NCBI RefSeq assembly: GCF_963921235.1
Contig: NC_086108.1
Coordinates: 12,338,001 to 12,402,000, forward strand
Direction of reading: 5' to 3'
From: Mobula hypostoma
Taxonomy: Eukaryota
DNA: 64,000 bases
In this document: in pieces, positions 33,824 through 46,900 of the stretch
Layout: every line of letters begins with the position of its first letter
Numbering within the stretch: the stretch's first letter is position 1
Made by a program: the position numbers and the translations under genes
The notes under the pieces: model-generated
Seen by the model: the letters and a program-made list of their open reading frames with translations, nothing else
Databases searched by the model: none
Told to the model about the DNA's origin: nothing

Positions 33824-35760
33824 GCTCACGAAAGGTTAAAAAAAACTAGGTAATGATAGAGATCTAGAAGAATATAAGGCGAACAGGAAGGTGTTTAAGA
33901 ATGAAATTAGGAGAGCCAGAAGGGGCCATGAGAAGGCCTTGGTGGACAGGATTAAGGAAAACCCCAAGGCATTCTACAAGTATGTGAAGAGCAAGAGGAT
34001 AAGACGTGAGAGAATAGGACCAATCGAGTGTGACAGTGGAAAAGTGGGTACAGAACCAGAGGAGATGGCAGAGGTACTTAATGAATACTTTGCTTCAGTA
34101 TTCACTACGGAAAAGTATCTTGGCAATTGTAGGGATGACTTGCAGTGGACTGAAAAGCTTGAGCATATAGATGTTAAGGAAGAGGGTGTGCTGGAGCTTT
34201 TGGAAAGCATCAAGCTGGATAAGTCACTGGGACTGGACGGGATGTACCCCAGGCTACTGTGGGAAGCGAGAGAGGAGATTGCCGAGCCTCTGGCAATGAT
34301 CTTTGCATCATCAATGAGGACGGGAGAGGTTCCAGACGATTGGAGGGTTGCGGATGTCGTTCCCTTATTCAAGAAAGGGGGTAAGGATAGCCCAGGAAAC
34401 TATAGACCAGTGAGTCTTACTTCAGTGGTTGGTAAGTTGATGGAGAAGATCCTGAGAGGCAGGACTTATGAACATTTGGAGAGGCATAATATGATTAGGA
34501 ATAGTCAGCATGGCTTTGTGAAAGGCAGATCATGCCTTACAAGCCTGATTGAACTTTTTGAGGATGTGACTATACACATTGATGAAGGTAGAGCCGTAGA
34601 TGTAGTGTATATGGATTTTAGCAAGGCATTTGATAAGGTACCCTATGCAAGGCTTATTGAGAAAGTAAGGAGGCATGGGATTTAAGGGGACGTTGCTTTG
34701 TGGATCCAGAACTGGCTTACTCACGGAAGGCAAAGTGCGGTTGTAGACGGGCCATATTCTGCATGGAGGCCGGTGACCAGTATTGTGTCTCAGGGATCTG
34801 TTCTGGGACCCCTACTCTTTGTGATTTTTATAAATAACCTGGATGAAGAAGTGGAGGAATTGGTTAGTAAATTTGATGATGACACAAAGGTTGGGGGTGT
34901 TGTGGATAATGTGGAGGGCTGGCAGAGGTTACAGTGGGACATTGATAGGATGCAAAACTGGGCTGAGAAGTGGCAGATGGAGTTCAACTGAGGTAAGTGT
35001 GAGGTGGTTCATTTTGGTAGGTCAAATATGCTGGCAGAATATAGTACTAATGGTAAGACTCTTGGCAGCATGGAAGATCAGAAGGATCTTGGGGTCCGAG
35101 TCCATCGGACACTCAAAGCTGCTACGCAGGTTGATTCTGTGGTTAAGAAGGCATAGGGTGCATTGGCCTTCATCAACTGTGGGATTGAGTTTAAGAGAAG
35201 AGGTAATGTTGCAGCTACATAGGACCCTGGTCAGACCCCCTTGGAGTACTGTGCTCAGTTCTGGTCGCCTCACTACAGGAAGGATGTGGAAACCATAGAA
35301 AGGGTGCAGAAGAGATTTACAAGGATGTTGCCTGGATTGGAGAGCATGCCTTATGAGAATAGTTTGAATGCACTCAGCCTTTTCTCCTTGGAGTGATGGA
35401 GGACAAGTGGTGACCTGATAGAGGTGTACAAGATAATGAGAGGCATTGATCATGTGGGTAGTCAGAGGCTTTTTCCCAGGGCTGAAATGGCTAGCAAGAG
35501 AGGGTGTATTTTTAAGGTACTTGGAAACAGGTACAGAGGAGATGTCAAGGTAAGTTTTTTTACGTAGAGAGTGGTGAGTGCGTGGAATGGGCTGCTGGCG
35601 GCGGTGGTGGAGGTGGAAACGATAGGGTCTTTTAAGAGACTCCTGGATGGGTACATGGAGCTTCGAAAAATAGAGGGCTATGGGTAAGCCTAGGTCGTTC
35701 TAAGGTAAGGACATGTTCGGCACAGCTTTGTGGGCCGAAGGGCCTGTATTGTGCTGTAGG
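33824..35760 (+). pseudogene. CR1 ORF2 (RT) remnant, copy 1
   Basis: ORFs 33891-34685 and 34698-34991 (NYRPVSLTS, YMDFSKAFDKVP, QGSVLGP, KFDDDTK); in-frame stops. Confidence 0.95.
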
Positions 35761-36092
35761 TATATTGAAAGCCCTCGATAGAGTAGATGTGGAGAGGATG
35801 TTTTCTATAGTAGGGGAGATTAGCATCAGAGGGCACAGTCTCAGAATAGGCAGAGGTCCATGTAGAATAGAGATGACAGGAGTTTCAGAGGCCGTTGAAT
35901 CTGTGGAATTCATTGCCACGGAGGGCTGTGGAGTCCAAGTAAATGAGCGTATTTAAAGTGAAGGTTGCTAGGTTCTTGTTTAATCAGGCATCAGAGGTTA
36001 CTGGGAGAAGGCAAGAGAATGGGCTTGAGCCTTGATGGTTTGGCAGAGCAGACTCAATGTACCTGATAACCTAATTCTGCTCCTCTGTCTAT
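35761..36092 (+). mobile_element. Old CR1 3' fragment (also present in copies 2 and 3)
   Basis: ORF 35765 LDRVDVERMFSIVGE..RGHSLRI. Confidence 0.75.
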
Positions 36093-37747
36093 GCAGCTGT
36101 AAATATTTCAGGCCTCTCTGAGTGCTATTAGCCTGGGAGTTCTTACCTTGTCTCTATTTAATCGCACCCATTCACCGTCCTCGTTTCACAAAAAGCAGGC
36201 AAATTATTACCGGCCGGGATTTGAGCAGAACAGCTCCGAGTCCAACCAGAAAGCTAGGTTCAAGGTGGGACAAGGCTAAGGAAAGTATCCTTGGGTGGTT
36301 CTGGGATCACATATTGAAAACCAGGTCCAATATCACCTTCTGCCCTCCGGGGCTTCACATCTCCTCAGCTGCTCTAATCCATTCTGCCGGGAGCTATTGA
36401 CCACTCTGCCAGTCAGGCAGATGGACCCTTCACCTGGGCTAGGCTAAACTCAGAGGAGAACATCTGTAATTTAGTGGTCACTAAATTGAGAGGCTGGGGA
36501 CCTCTAGAAATTGGGTTTTAAGGCTGATCTTTACGTAAGATTTCTCATCACCAGTCAGATGTTCACCATTACTCTGGGTCTCTTGCACCAGTGCTTGTAT
36601 CTCTTCCTCTCACCTTTGTATCCTCCCCATCCATTAGTCTAATTCTCACCCATATTCCTTTGCACACTTCCGCAAGCCAACACACTCCTCATTCCATCCT
36701 CAGGGACCCACCACCTCTCTACTGCCTCAGAGTTCATTCTATCTTGGGGGAGACCTCCAGACCACTCCAACCCCCCTCCCAAGCCCATTCCGGAACTGAT
36801 GGATTGTCAGACAACAAATCACTGTCCTTTGCTGGTTTTTGTAAATGTCTAGAAACGTTGAACATGAGTCAGGACTTTAGTGGAGTCAACATGATTCTTC
36901 AAATGCTGAGGAGGCCCCCAGCTCACCTGTGCGGTTCCTCTGAAGTTTCTGAGGCACTTGTAATGTCTCAGGAAGGTAGTACAGGAAGAGGCTATTCAGC
37001 CCATCTGTGCAGACTCCTTGAAAACTACTTAATCACTCCCATGTCCCACATCTTCCTCACAGTCCTGCAAATGTCAGGCAACACACACAAAATGCTGAAG
37101 AAACTCAACAGGTCAGGAAGCTTCTATGGAGATAATTTAGTGTCAACGTTTGAGGCTGAGACCCTTCATCAAGACTGGAAAGGAAGAAATGAGAATAAGA
37201 ATGTAGGGCAATGGGGGGGCGTACAGCTGGCAGGTGATTTGTGAGACGGGGGGGTAGGAATGGGTGGTTAGGGGAGAATGGGTGAAGTAAAAAGCTGGAA
37301 GATGATAGGTGGAAGAGGTAAAGGGCTGAAGAAGAAGGAATCTGATAGGAGAGGAGAGTAGACTATGGGAGAAAGGGAAACAGGAGGAACCAGGAGGAGG
37401 CGATAGGCAGGTAAGGAGAAGAGAAGAGACAAGGGGGGAGTCATAATGAAGAATGGAAAGAGAGAGAAGGGAGAGAAATTACTGGAAGTTAAAGCAGTCA
37501 AAGTTCATGCCATCAGGTTGGAGTCTACCAGACAGAATATGAGAATTTCTCCTTCACTCTGAGTCTGGCCTCATTGTAGCGGTAGTGGAGACCATGGACC
37601 GATATGCCTGAATGGGAATGTGAAAAAAAATTAAAATGGGAAATCCTGCCTTTTACAGTGGAGGAAGCAAAGGTTTTTCATGAAAAGCCCCCATACCCCC
37701 CCCCCAATCTACTGTAGGTCTCGTTGATGTAGAGGAGGCCACATTGA

Positions 37748-40260
37748 CTATAAGACCATAAGACATACAGTAGAAGCAGAATAAGGCCATTCATCCCATC
37801 AAGTCTGCTCCATCATTCCATCATGGCTAATTTATTTTCCCTCTCAACCCCATTTTCGTACGTCCTCCCGTAACCTTTGATGCCCTGACTAATCAAGAAC
37901 CTATCAACCTCCGACTTAAATCTACCCAATGACTTGGCCTTCACAGCTGCCTGTGGTAACAAATTCCACAGATTCACCACTCTCGAGCTAAAGAAATTCC
38001 TTCTCATCTCTGTTCTAAAGGACATCACTCAGTTCTGAGGCTGTCCCCTCTGGTCCGAGACTTCCCCACTATCCTCTCAACATGCATTCTAATGAGATCT
38101 TTTGATATTTGAAGCACTTCAATGAGATCACCTCTCACGCTTCTAAATTACAGCAGGTACAGGCCTAGAACTATCAAACACTCCTCATACATTAACCCTG
38201 TCATGCCAGCACATCGTTTCTTAGACGAGGGACTCAAAACTGCTCACAATACTGCAAGTGTGGTGGCCGGTGCCTTATAAAGCCTCAGCATGACATCCTT
38301 GCTTTTGTAATCTAATCCTCCTGGAATGAATAGTTAACATTGCACTTCACTTCTTCATCACCAACGCAACCTTTTCTATTGAGATACAGTGTAGAGTACG
38401 GCCTTCTGGCCCTTCGAGCTGCAGCACCCAACGATCCCCTGATTTAACCCCTGCCTGATTACAGAACAATTTACAAACCTGCCGATCACTACATGTTTGG
38501 ACTGTGGGAGGAAAGCGGAGCACCCAGTGGAAACCCACGTGGTCACAGGGAAAGTATACAAACTCCTTGCAGGCAGTGGCAGGAACCGAACCCGTTTCGC
38601 TGGTACTGTACAGTATTCTGCTAACCGTTACGTTACCTTCCCTCTGTTGGGATCCTTCACCAACCTGATTTCCCCAACCTAGCATTTTTAAATCCCTCAT
38701 GATCATTATAACATTGCCTTTTTTATCTTCTGTTGTAATTGGTACCCCACATCCTTGCTACTGTCCCAACAGAATCTCTATACCTTTCTAGTTTCTTAGC
38801 TCTACCCACAAGGATTCTACATCTTCTAACCCTATGTCACCTCTTTCTAAGGACCACATTTCATTTTTTTTTACCAACAGAGCCACCCTACCCCCTCTGC
38901 CTACCTGCCTGTCCTTTTAATACAATGTATAAATTTGGATGTTAAGTTCACAACTATGATCTTCTTTCGGTCATGATTCATGTACCTTATTCCGTATACT
39001 GTGTGCATCCATCCTGTATTCATCAGCCTTTTTAGGTTTTGACCCCCCGTTACACTTTAATTCATCCCACTGACTGCAATTTTACCCTATCATCTACCTG
39101 TTCATCCTCACAGTCTCACTACACACTGCATCTAGTTGTACGCCAACTGCCTCATCCTCACTTCAGTTCCTATCCCTCAGCCAGTTTAGTTTATGCCCCC
39201 CCCCAACAGCCCACAAGTATATTGGTACCCCTTGGGTTCAGGTGTAACCCACCCTGTTTGTACAGGTCATACCTTTCCCAGTAGCGATCCCAATAATCCA
39301 GAAATCTGAACATCTGCCTTCTGCACCAGTTCCTCAGCCACGCATTTACATGCAAAATATTCCTATTCTTACCCTCACTGGTGCGTGGCACAGGCAACAA
39401 TCCAGAGATTACTATCCTGGCACACCTGCTTTTCAGCTTTCTACTCAGCTCCCCATATTCTCTCTTCAGGACCTCCTCCCTTCTCCTACCTATCTGGCTG
39501 CTCACCTATCCCCTTTAGAATGCTGTTGACCCAATCAGAGACATCCCTGACCCTGGCATCGAGGACGCAACATACGATCCAGGTGTCCGTATCACATCCA
39601 CAGAATCTGCTTTCTGCTCGTCTATTTCTGGAATCCCCTATAACGACTGCAGTCCTCTTCTTCCCCCTTCTCTTCTGAGCCACAGCACCAGACAGTGCTA
39701 GAGATCCAGTCGCTGCCCCTCTCCCCAGTAGGTTCTCTCCGCCCCTCAATAGAATCCAAAGTGATATACTTAATCCTGAGGGGAATAGCCACAGGGTATT
39801 CCGGACTGGCTGCTTACCTTCTTTCCCTCTCCTAACCTCCTGCAACTTAGGGATGATTACCTCCCTGTAGCTCCTATCAATCATCTCCTCATTCTCCCGT
39901 ACGAGCCGAAGGTCAGGGAGCTGCAGCTCCAGTTCCTTCCGGTCTCTAAGGAGCTGCAGCTTGGTGCACTTCATGCAGGTGCACTTATCAGGGAGGCTGG
40001 AGTTCCAACATCTCACACAAGGAGCATGCTGTGAAATCTGGATCCATTCACAGCACACTAGCTATATATATCAGAAAAAGATACCTTACTGGATGCTTGC
40101 GTTCTTAATTAGAATCTCCACCTGTGCTTTCCTACGCCTGTTCTTGCCTAAGCCTGTTGAGCCAAAGCATGGCCACTCTAACATTTTCCACTCACACAAT
40201 GGCCGCTCCACTTCTGCCTCCCTTCTTTTTGTTGACTCTGCGCTGATTGCAGCCCACTGA
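37748..40260 (-). mobile_element. Internally deleted CR1: 5' UTR, ORF1 (zinc finger and SGNH esterase), ORF2 pieces, 3' end (also at about 45094-47607 and 52441-54954)
   Basis: ORFs 39486-40058 (CVRC..CMKC, VVIGDS), 39191-39505 (IVISGLLPVP, GLHLN) and 37813-38028 (RRNFFSSRVVNLWN); (CATAAGA)n tail. Confidence 0.85.
38377..38642 (-). mobile_element. HE1/V-SINE-like SINE inside the CR1 (also at about 45723-45988 and 53070-53335)
   Basis: tttggactgtgggaggaaagcggagcaccc...caaactccttgcaggcag...gaacccg...ctggtactgta. Confidence 0.85.
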
Positions 40261-40957
40261 AAAGAGATGAAAGCATCAGAGCACTTTTTAAATCTCACGC
40301 TGCGTCACCAAGAATCAACCTTTCGCACTGATTACAACCCACCACTGGGGGCACCGGATACAGTAGATGACCTCAAAAGACTCACAGGTGGAGTTGGGCC
40401 TCACCTAGAAGGACTAGTAGGGAGCCTGACTTGTGGTGAGGGAGGAGGTGAAAGGGCAGGTGTAGTACTTGTCCCACTTAGGGGGGATGTGCCAGGGGGG
40501 AGATTAGAGGGGGTGGGGTGTGAATTGTCAAGTGAGTCAGGTAAAGAGCAACCCTTGTGGTAGGGTATGGATGGGGAGGGGAGGAAATCTGCAAATCTCT
40601 CCATTTCTATTATTTATCCATTCTCTGAGCAACAGTTGAATCTGTTTCCCCTGCATTCCCTGGCATCACAACCGGAGTAAGACAGCTCCCTTTATAAATC
40701 AGACTGTCATTTCCCTAAGGCCTTTTGCCAATCTCCTTTAAACCGTGTCCTCTAATCACTGGTCTGCTAGCTGTGGGAAATACTTCCTCTTCTGTTCAAT
40801 CAAGTTCCTCAGGTTTGGACACAGGTTAAACCTCTCCTCGGTTAAGCTCAGACAGACAGCAGATGAGGGATGGGAAACTGGAACTGCTCATTACTTCCTT
40901 ACAAATTTCAGTCTCTGAAACCACTTCACCCACCTGAAGCAGTCTGGAAAAACCTAC

Positions 40958-43900
40958 ATGAGTGGAATCCAACGCCACACTCACAGGCACCTGTCGAGAC
41001 CAAGTCACTGGGTATATTTAAAGCAGAGGTTGATAGATTCTTGATTAGATAGGGCATGAAGGGATACAAGAGATGGCAGGAGATTGCGGCTGAGAGGGAA
41101 ATTGGATCAGCCATGATGAAATGGCGGAGCAGTCTCAATGGGCCAAATGGCCTGATTCTGCCCCTGTATGCTCACGAAAGGTTAAAAAAAACTAGGTAAT
41201 GATAGAGATCTAGAAGAATATAAGGCGAACAGGAAGGTGTTTAAGAATGAAATTAGGAGAGCCAGAAGGGGCCATGAGAAGGCCTTGGTGGACAGGATTA
41301 AGGAAAACCCCAAGGCATTCTACAAGTATGTGAAGAGCAAGAGGATAAGACGTGAGAGAATAGGACCAATCGAGTGTGACAGTGGAAAAGTGGGTACAGA
41401 ACCAGAGGAGATGGCAGAGGTACTTAATGAATACTTTGCTTCAGTATTCACTACGGAAAAGTATCTTGGCAATTGTAGGGATGACTTGCAGTGGACTGAA
41501 AAGCTTGAGCATATAGATGTTAAGGAAGAGGGTGTGCTGGAGCTTTTGGAAAGCATCAAGCTGGATAAGTCACTGGGACTGGACGGGATGTACCCCAGGC
41601 TACTGTGGGAAGCGAGAGAGGAGATTGCCGAGCCTCTGGCAATGATCTTTGCATCATCAATGAGGACGGGAGAGGTTCCAGACGATTGGAGGGTTGCGGA
41701 TGTCGTTCCCTTATTCAAGAAAGGGGGTAAGGATAGCCCAGGAAACTATAGACCAGTGAGTCTTACTTCAGTGGTTGGTAAGTTGATGGAGAAGATCCTG
41801 AGAGGCAGGACTTATGAACATTTGGAGAGGCATAATATGATTAGGAATAGTCAGCATGGCTTTGTGAAAGGCAGATCATGCCTTACAAGCCTGATTGAAC
41901 TTTTTGAGGATGTGACTATACACATTGATGAAGGTAGAGCCGTAGATGTAGTGTATATGGATTTTAGCAAGGCATTTGATAAGGTACCCTATGCAAGGCT
42001 TATTGAGAAAGTAAGGAGGCATGGGATTTAAGGGGACGTTGCTTTGTGGATCCAGAACTGGCTTACTCACGGAAGGCAAAGTGCGGTTGTAGACGGGCCA
42101 TATTCTGCATGGAGGCCGGTGACCAGTATTGTGTCTCAGGGATCTGTTCTGGGACCCCTACTCTTTGTGATTTTTATAAATAACCTGGATGAAGAAGTGG
42201 AGGAATTGGTTAGTAAATTTGATGATGACACAAAGGTTGGGGGTGTTGTGGATAATGTGGAGGGCTGGCAGAGGTTACAGTGGGACATTGATAGGATGCA
42301 AAACTGGGCTGAGAAGTGGCAGATGGAGTTCAACCCTGATAAGTGTGAGGTGGTTCATTTTGGTAGGTCAAATATGCTGGCAGAATATAGTACTAATGGT
42401 AAGACTCTTGGCAGCATGGAAGATCAGAAGGATCTTGGGGTCCGAGTCCATCGGACACTCAAAGCTGCTACGCAGGTTGATTCTGTGGATAAGAAGGCAT
42501 AGGGTGCATTGGCCTTCATCAACTGTGGGATTGAGTTTAAGAGAAGAGGTAATGTTGCAGCTACATAGGACCCTGGTCAGACCCCCTTGGAGTACTGTGC
42601 TCAGTTCTGGTCGCCTCACTACAGGAAGGATGTGGAAACCATAGAAAGGGTGCAGAAGAGATTTACAAGGATGTTGCCTGGATTGGAGAGCATGCCTTAT
42701 GAGAATAGTTTGAATGCACTCAGCCTTTTCTCCTTGGAGTGATGGAGGACGAGTGGTGACCTGATAGAGGTGTACAAGATAATGAGAGGCATTGATCATG
42801 TGGGTAGTCAGAGGCTTTTTCCCAGGGCTGGAATGGCTAGCAAGAGAGGGTGTATTCTTAAGGTACTTGGAAACAGGTACAGAGGAGATGTCAGGGTAAG
42901 TTTTTTTACGTAGAGAGTGGTGAGTGCGTGGAATGGGCTGCTGGCGGCGGTGGTGGAGGTGGAAACGATAGGGTCTTTTAAGAGACTCCTGGATGGGTAC
43001 ATGGAGCTTCGAAAAATAGAGGGCTATGGGTAAGCCTAGGTCGTTCTAAGGTAAGGACATGTTCGGCACAGCTTTGTGGGCCGAAGGGCCTGTATTGTGC
43101 TGTAGGTATATTGAAAGCCCTCGATAGAGTAGATGTGGAGAGGATGTTTTCTATAGTAGGGGAGATTAGCATCAGAGGGCACAGTCTCAGAATAGGCAGA
43201 GGTCCATGTAGAATAGAGATGACAGGAGTTTCAGAGGCCGTTGAATCTGTGGAATTCATTGCCACGGAGGGCTGTGGAGTCCAAGTAAATGAGCGTATTT
43301 AAAGTGAAGGTTGCTAGGTTCTTGTTTAATCAGGCATCAGAGGTTACTGGGAGAAGGCAAGAGAATGGGCTTGAGCCTTGATGGTTTGGCAGAGCAGACT
43401 CAATGTACCTGATAACCTAATTCTGCTCCTCTGTCTATGCAGCTGTAAATACTTCAGGCCTCTCTGAGTGCTATTAGCCTGGGAGTTCTTACCTTGTCTC
43501 TATTTAATCGCACCCATTCACCGTCCTCGTTTCACAAAAAGCAGGCAAATTATTACCGGCCGGGATTTGAGCAGAACAGCTCCGAGTCCAACCAGAAAGC
43601 TAGGTTCAAGGTGGGACAAGGCTAAGGAAAGTATCCTTGGGTGGTTCTGGGATCACATATTGAAAACCAGGTCCAATATCACCTTCTGCCCTCCGGGGCT
43701 TCACATCTCCTCAGCTGCTCTAATCCATTCTGCCGGGAGCTATTGACCACTCTGCCAGTCAGGCAGATGGACCCTTCACCTGGGCTAGGCTAAACTCAGA
43801 GGAGAACATCTGTAATTTAGTGGTCACTAAATTGAGAGGCTGGGGACCTCTAGAAATTGGGTTTTAAGGCTGATCTTTACGTAAGATTTCTCATCACCAG

Positions 43901-46900
43901 TCAGATGTTCACCATTACTCTGGGTCTCTTGCACCAGTGCTTGTATCTCTTCCTCTCACCTTTGTATCCTCCCCATCCATTAGTCTAATTCTCACCCATA
44001 TTCCTTTGCACACTTCCGCAAGCCAACACACTCCTCATTCCATCCTCAGGGACCCACCACCTCTCTACTGCCTCAGAGTTCATTCTATCTTGGGGGAGAC
44101 CTCCAGACCACTCCAACCCCCCTCCCAAGCCCATTCCGGAACTGATGGATTGTCAGACAACAAATCACTGTCCTTTGCTGGTTTTTGTAAATGTCTAGAA
44201 ACGTTGAACATGAGTCAGGACTTTAGTGGAGTCAACATGATTCTTCAAATGCTGAGGAGGCCCCCAGCTCACCTGTGCGGTTCCTCTGAAGTTTCTGAGG
44301 CACTTGTAATGTCTCAGGAAGGTAGTACAGGAAGAGGCTATTCAGCCCATCTGTGCAGACTCCTTGAAAACTACTTAATCACTCCCATGTCCCACATCTT
44401 CCTCACAGTCCTGCAAATGTCAGGCAACACACACAAAATGCTGAAGAAACTCAACAGGTCAGGAAGCTTCTATGGAGATAATTTAGTGTCAACGTTTGAG
44501 GCTGAGACCCTTCATCAAGACTGGAAAGGAAGAAATGAGAATAAGAATGTAGGGCAATGGGGGGGCGTACAGCTGGCAGGTGATTTGTGAGACGGGGGGG
44601 TAGGAATGGGTGGTTAGGGGAGAATGGGTGAAGTAAAAAGCTGGAAGATGATAGGTGGAAGAGGTAAAGGGCTGAAGAAGAAGGAATCTGATAGGAGAGG
44701 AGAGTAGACTATGGGAGAAAGGGAAACAGGAGGAACCAGGAGGAGGCGATAGGCAGGTAAGGAGAAGAGAAGAGACAAGGGGGGAGTCATAATGAAGAAT
44801 GGAAAGAGAGAGAAGGGAGAGAAATTACTGGAAGTTAAAGCAGTCAAAGTTCATGCCATCAGGTTGGAGTCTACCAGACAGAATATGAGAATTTCTCCTT
44901 CACTCTGAGTCTGGCCTCATTGTAGCGGTAGTGGAGACCATGGACCGATATGCCTGAATGGGAATGTGAAAAAAAATTAAAATGGGAAATCCTGCCTTTT
45001 ACAGTGGAGGAAGCAAAGGTTTTTCATGAAAAGCCCCCATACCCCCCCCCCAATCTACTGTAGGTCTCGTTGATGTAGAGGAGGCCACATTGACTATAAG
45101 ACCATAAGACATACAGTAGAAGCAGAATAAGGCCATTCATCCCATCAAGTCTGCTCCATCATTCCATCATGGCTAATTTATTTTCCCTCTCAACCCCATT
45201 TTCGTACGTCCTCCCGTAACCTTTGATGCCCTGACTAATCAAGAACCTATCAACCTCCGACTTAAATCTACCCAATGACTTGGCCTTCACAGCTGCCTGT
45301 GGTAACAAATTCCACAGATTCACCACTCTCGAGCTAAAGAAATTCCTTCTCATCTCTGTTCTAAAGGACATCACTCAGTTCTGAGGCTGTCCCCTCTGGT
45401 CCGAGACTTCCCCACTATCCTCTCAACATGCATTCTAATGAGATCTTTTGATATTTGAAGCACTTCAATGAGATCACCTCTCACGCTTCTAAATTACAGC
45501 AGGTACAGGCCTAGAACTATCAAACACTCCTCATACATTAACCCTGTCATGCCAGCACATCGTTTCTTAGACGAGGGACTCAAAACTGCTCACAATACTG
45601 CAAGTGTGGTGGCCGGTGCCTTATAAAGCCTCAGCATGACATCCTTGCTTTTGTAATCTAATCCTCCTGGAATGAATAGTTAACATTGCACTTCACTTCT
45701 TCATCACCAACGCAACCTTTTCTATTGAGATACAGTGTAGAGTACGGCCTTCTGGCCCTTCGAGCTGCAGCACCCAACGATCCCCTGATTTAACCCCTGC
45801 CTGATTACAGAACAATTTACAAACCTGCCGATCACTACATGTTTGGACTGTGGGAGGAAAGCGGAGCACCCAGTGGAAACCCACGTGGTCACAGGGAAAG
45901 TATACAAACTCCTTGCAGGCAGTGGCAGGAACCGAACCCGTTTCGCTGGTACTGTACAGTATTCTGCTAACCGTTACGTTACCTTCCCTCTGTTGGGATC
46001 CTTCACCAACCTGATTTCCCCAACCTAGCATTTTTAAATCCCTCATGATCATTATAACATTGCCTTTTTTATCTTCTGTTGTAATTGGTACCCCACATCC
46101 TTGCTACTGTCCCAACAGAATCTCTATACCTTTCTAGTTTCTTAGCTCTACCCACAAGGATTCTACATCTTCTAACCCTATGTCACCTCTTTCTAAGGAC
46201 CACATTTCATTTTTTTTTACCAACAGAGCCACCCTACCCCCTCTGCCTACCTGCCTGTCCTTTTAATACAATGTATAAATTTGGATGTTAAGTTCACAAC
46301 TATGATCTTCTTTCGGTCATGATTCATGTACCTTATTCCGTATACTGTGTGCATCCATCCTGTATTCATCAGCCTTTTTAGGTTTTGACCCCCCGTTACA
46401 CTTTAACTCATCCCACTGACTGCAATTTTACCCTATCATCTACCTGTTCATCCTCACAGTCTCACTACACACTGCATCTAGTTGTACGCCAACTGCCTCA
46501 TCCTCACTTCAGTTCCTATCCCTCAGCCAGTTTAGTTTAATGCCCCCCCCCAACAGCCCACAAGTATATTGGTACCCCTTGGGTTCAGGTGTAACCCACC
46601 CTGTTTGTACAGGTCATACCTTTCCCAGTAGCGATCCCAATAATCCAGAAATCTGAACATCTGCCTTCTGCACCAGTTCCTCAGCCACGCATTTACATGC
46701 AAAATATTCCTATTCTTACCCTCACTGGTGCGTGGCACAGGCAACAATCCAGAGATTACTATCCTGGCACACCTGCTTTTCAGCTTTCTACTCAGCTCCC
46801 CATATTCTCTCTTCAGGACCTCCTCCCTTCTCCTACCTATCTGGCTGCTCACCTATCCCCTTTAGAATGCTGTTGACCCAATCAGAGACATCCCTGACCC

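Larger units (their letters stand above)
37078..40580 (-). mobile_element. Degraded Penelope-like element split by a CR1 (also at about 44424-47927 and 51771-55274)
   Basis: 40345-40500 minus encodes YYTCPFTSSLTT...TCESFEVIYCIRCPQ; 37720-37746 minus continues QCGLLYINET (GIY-YIG); degenerate hammerhead at 37141-37176. Confidence 0.75.
33612..40957 (+). repeat. Tandem segmental triplication, copy 1 (7,346 bp)
   Basis: Identical ORF sets at offsets 7346/7347 (33891, 41237, 48584). Confidence 0.98.

Noticed and set aside
36141..36182. Minus-strand micro-exon DGEWVRLNRDK before AG/GTAAGA
   Set aside because: Only a poor GAG acceptor is available and the frame is closed by TGA just upstream
37141..37176. 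Hammerhead motif in the triplicated Penelope-like fragment
   Set aside because: Core mutated (UUGAUGA, CAAAC); not expected to be active
36591..37244. 217-aa ORF present three times
   Set aside because: Identity reflects the recent triplication; non-ATG start, no recognisable domain, and it ends in antisense Penelope-like sequence
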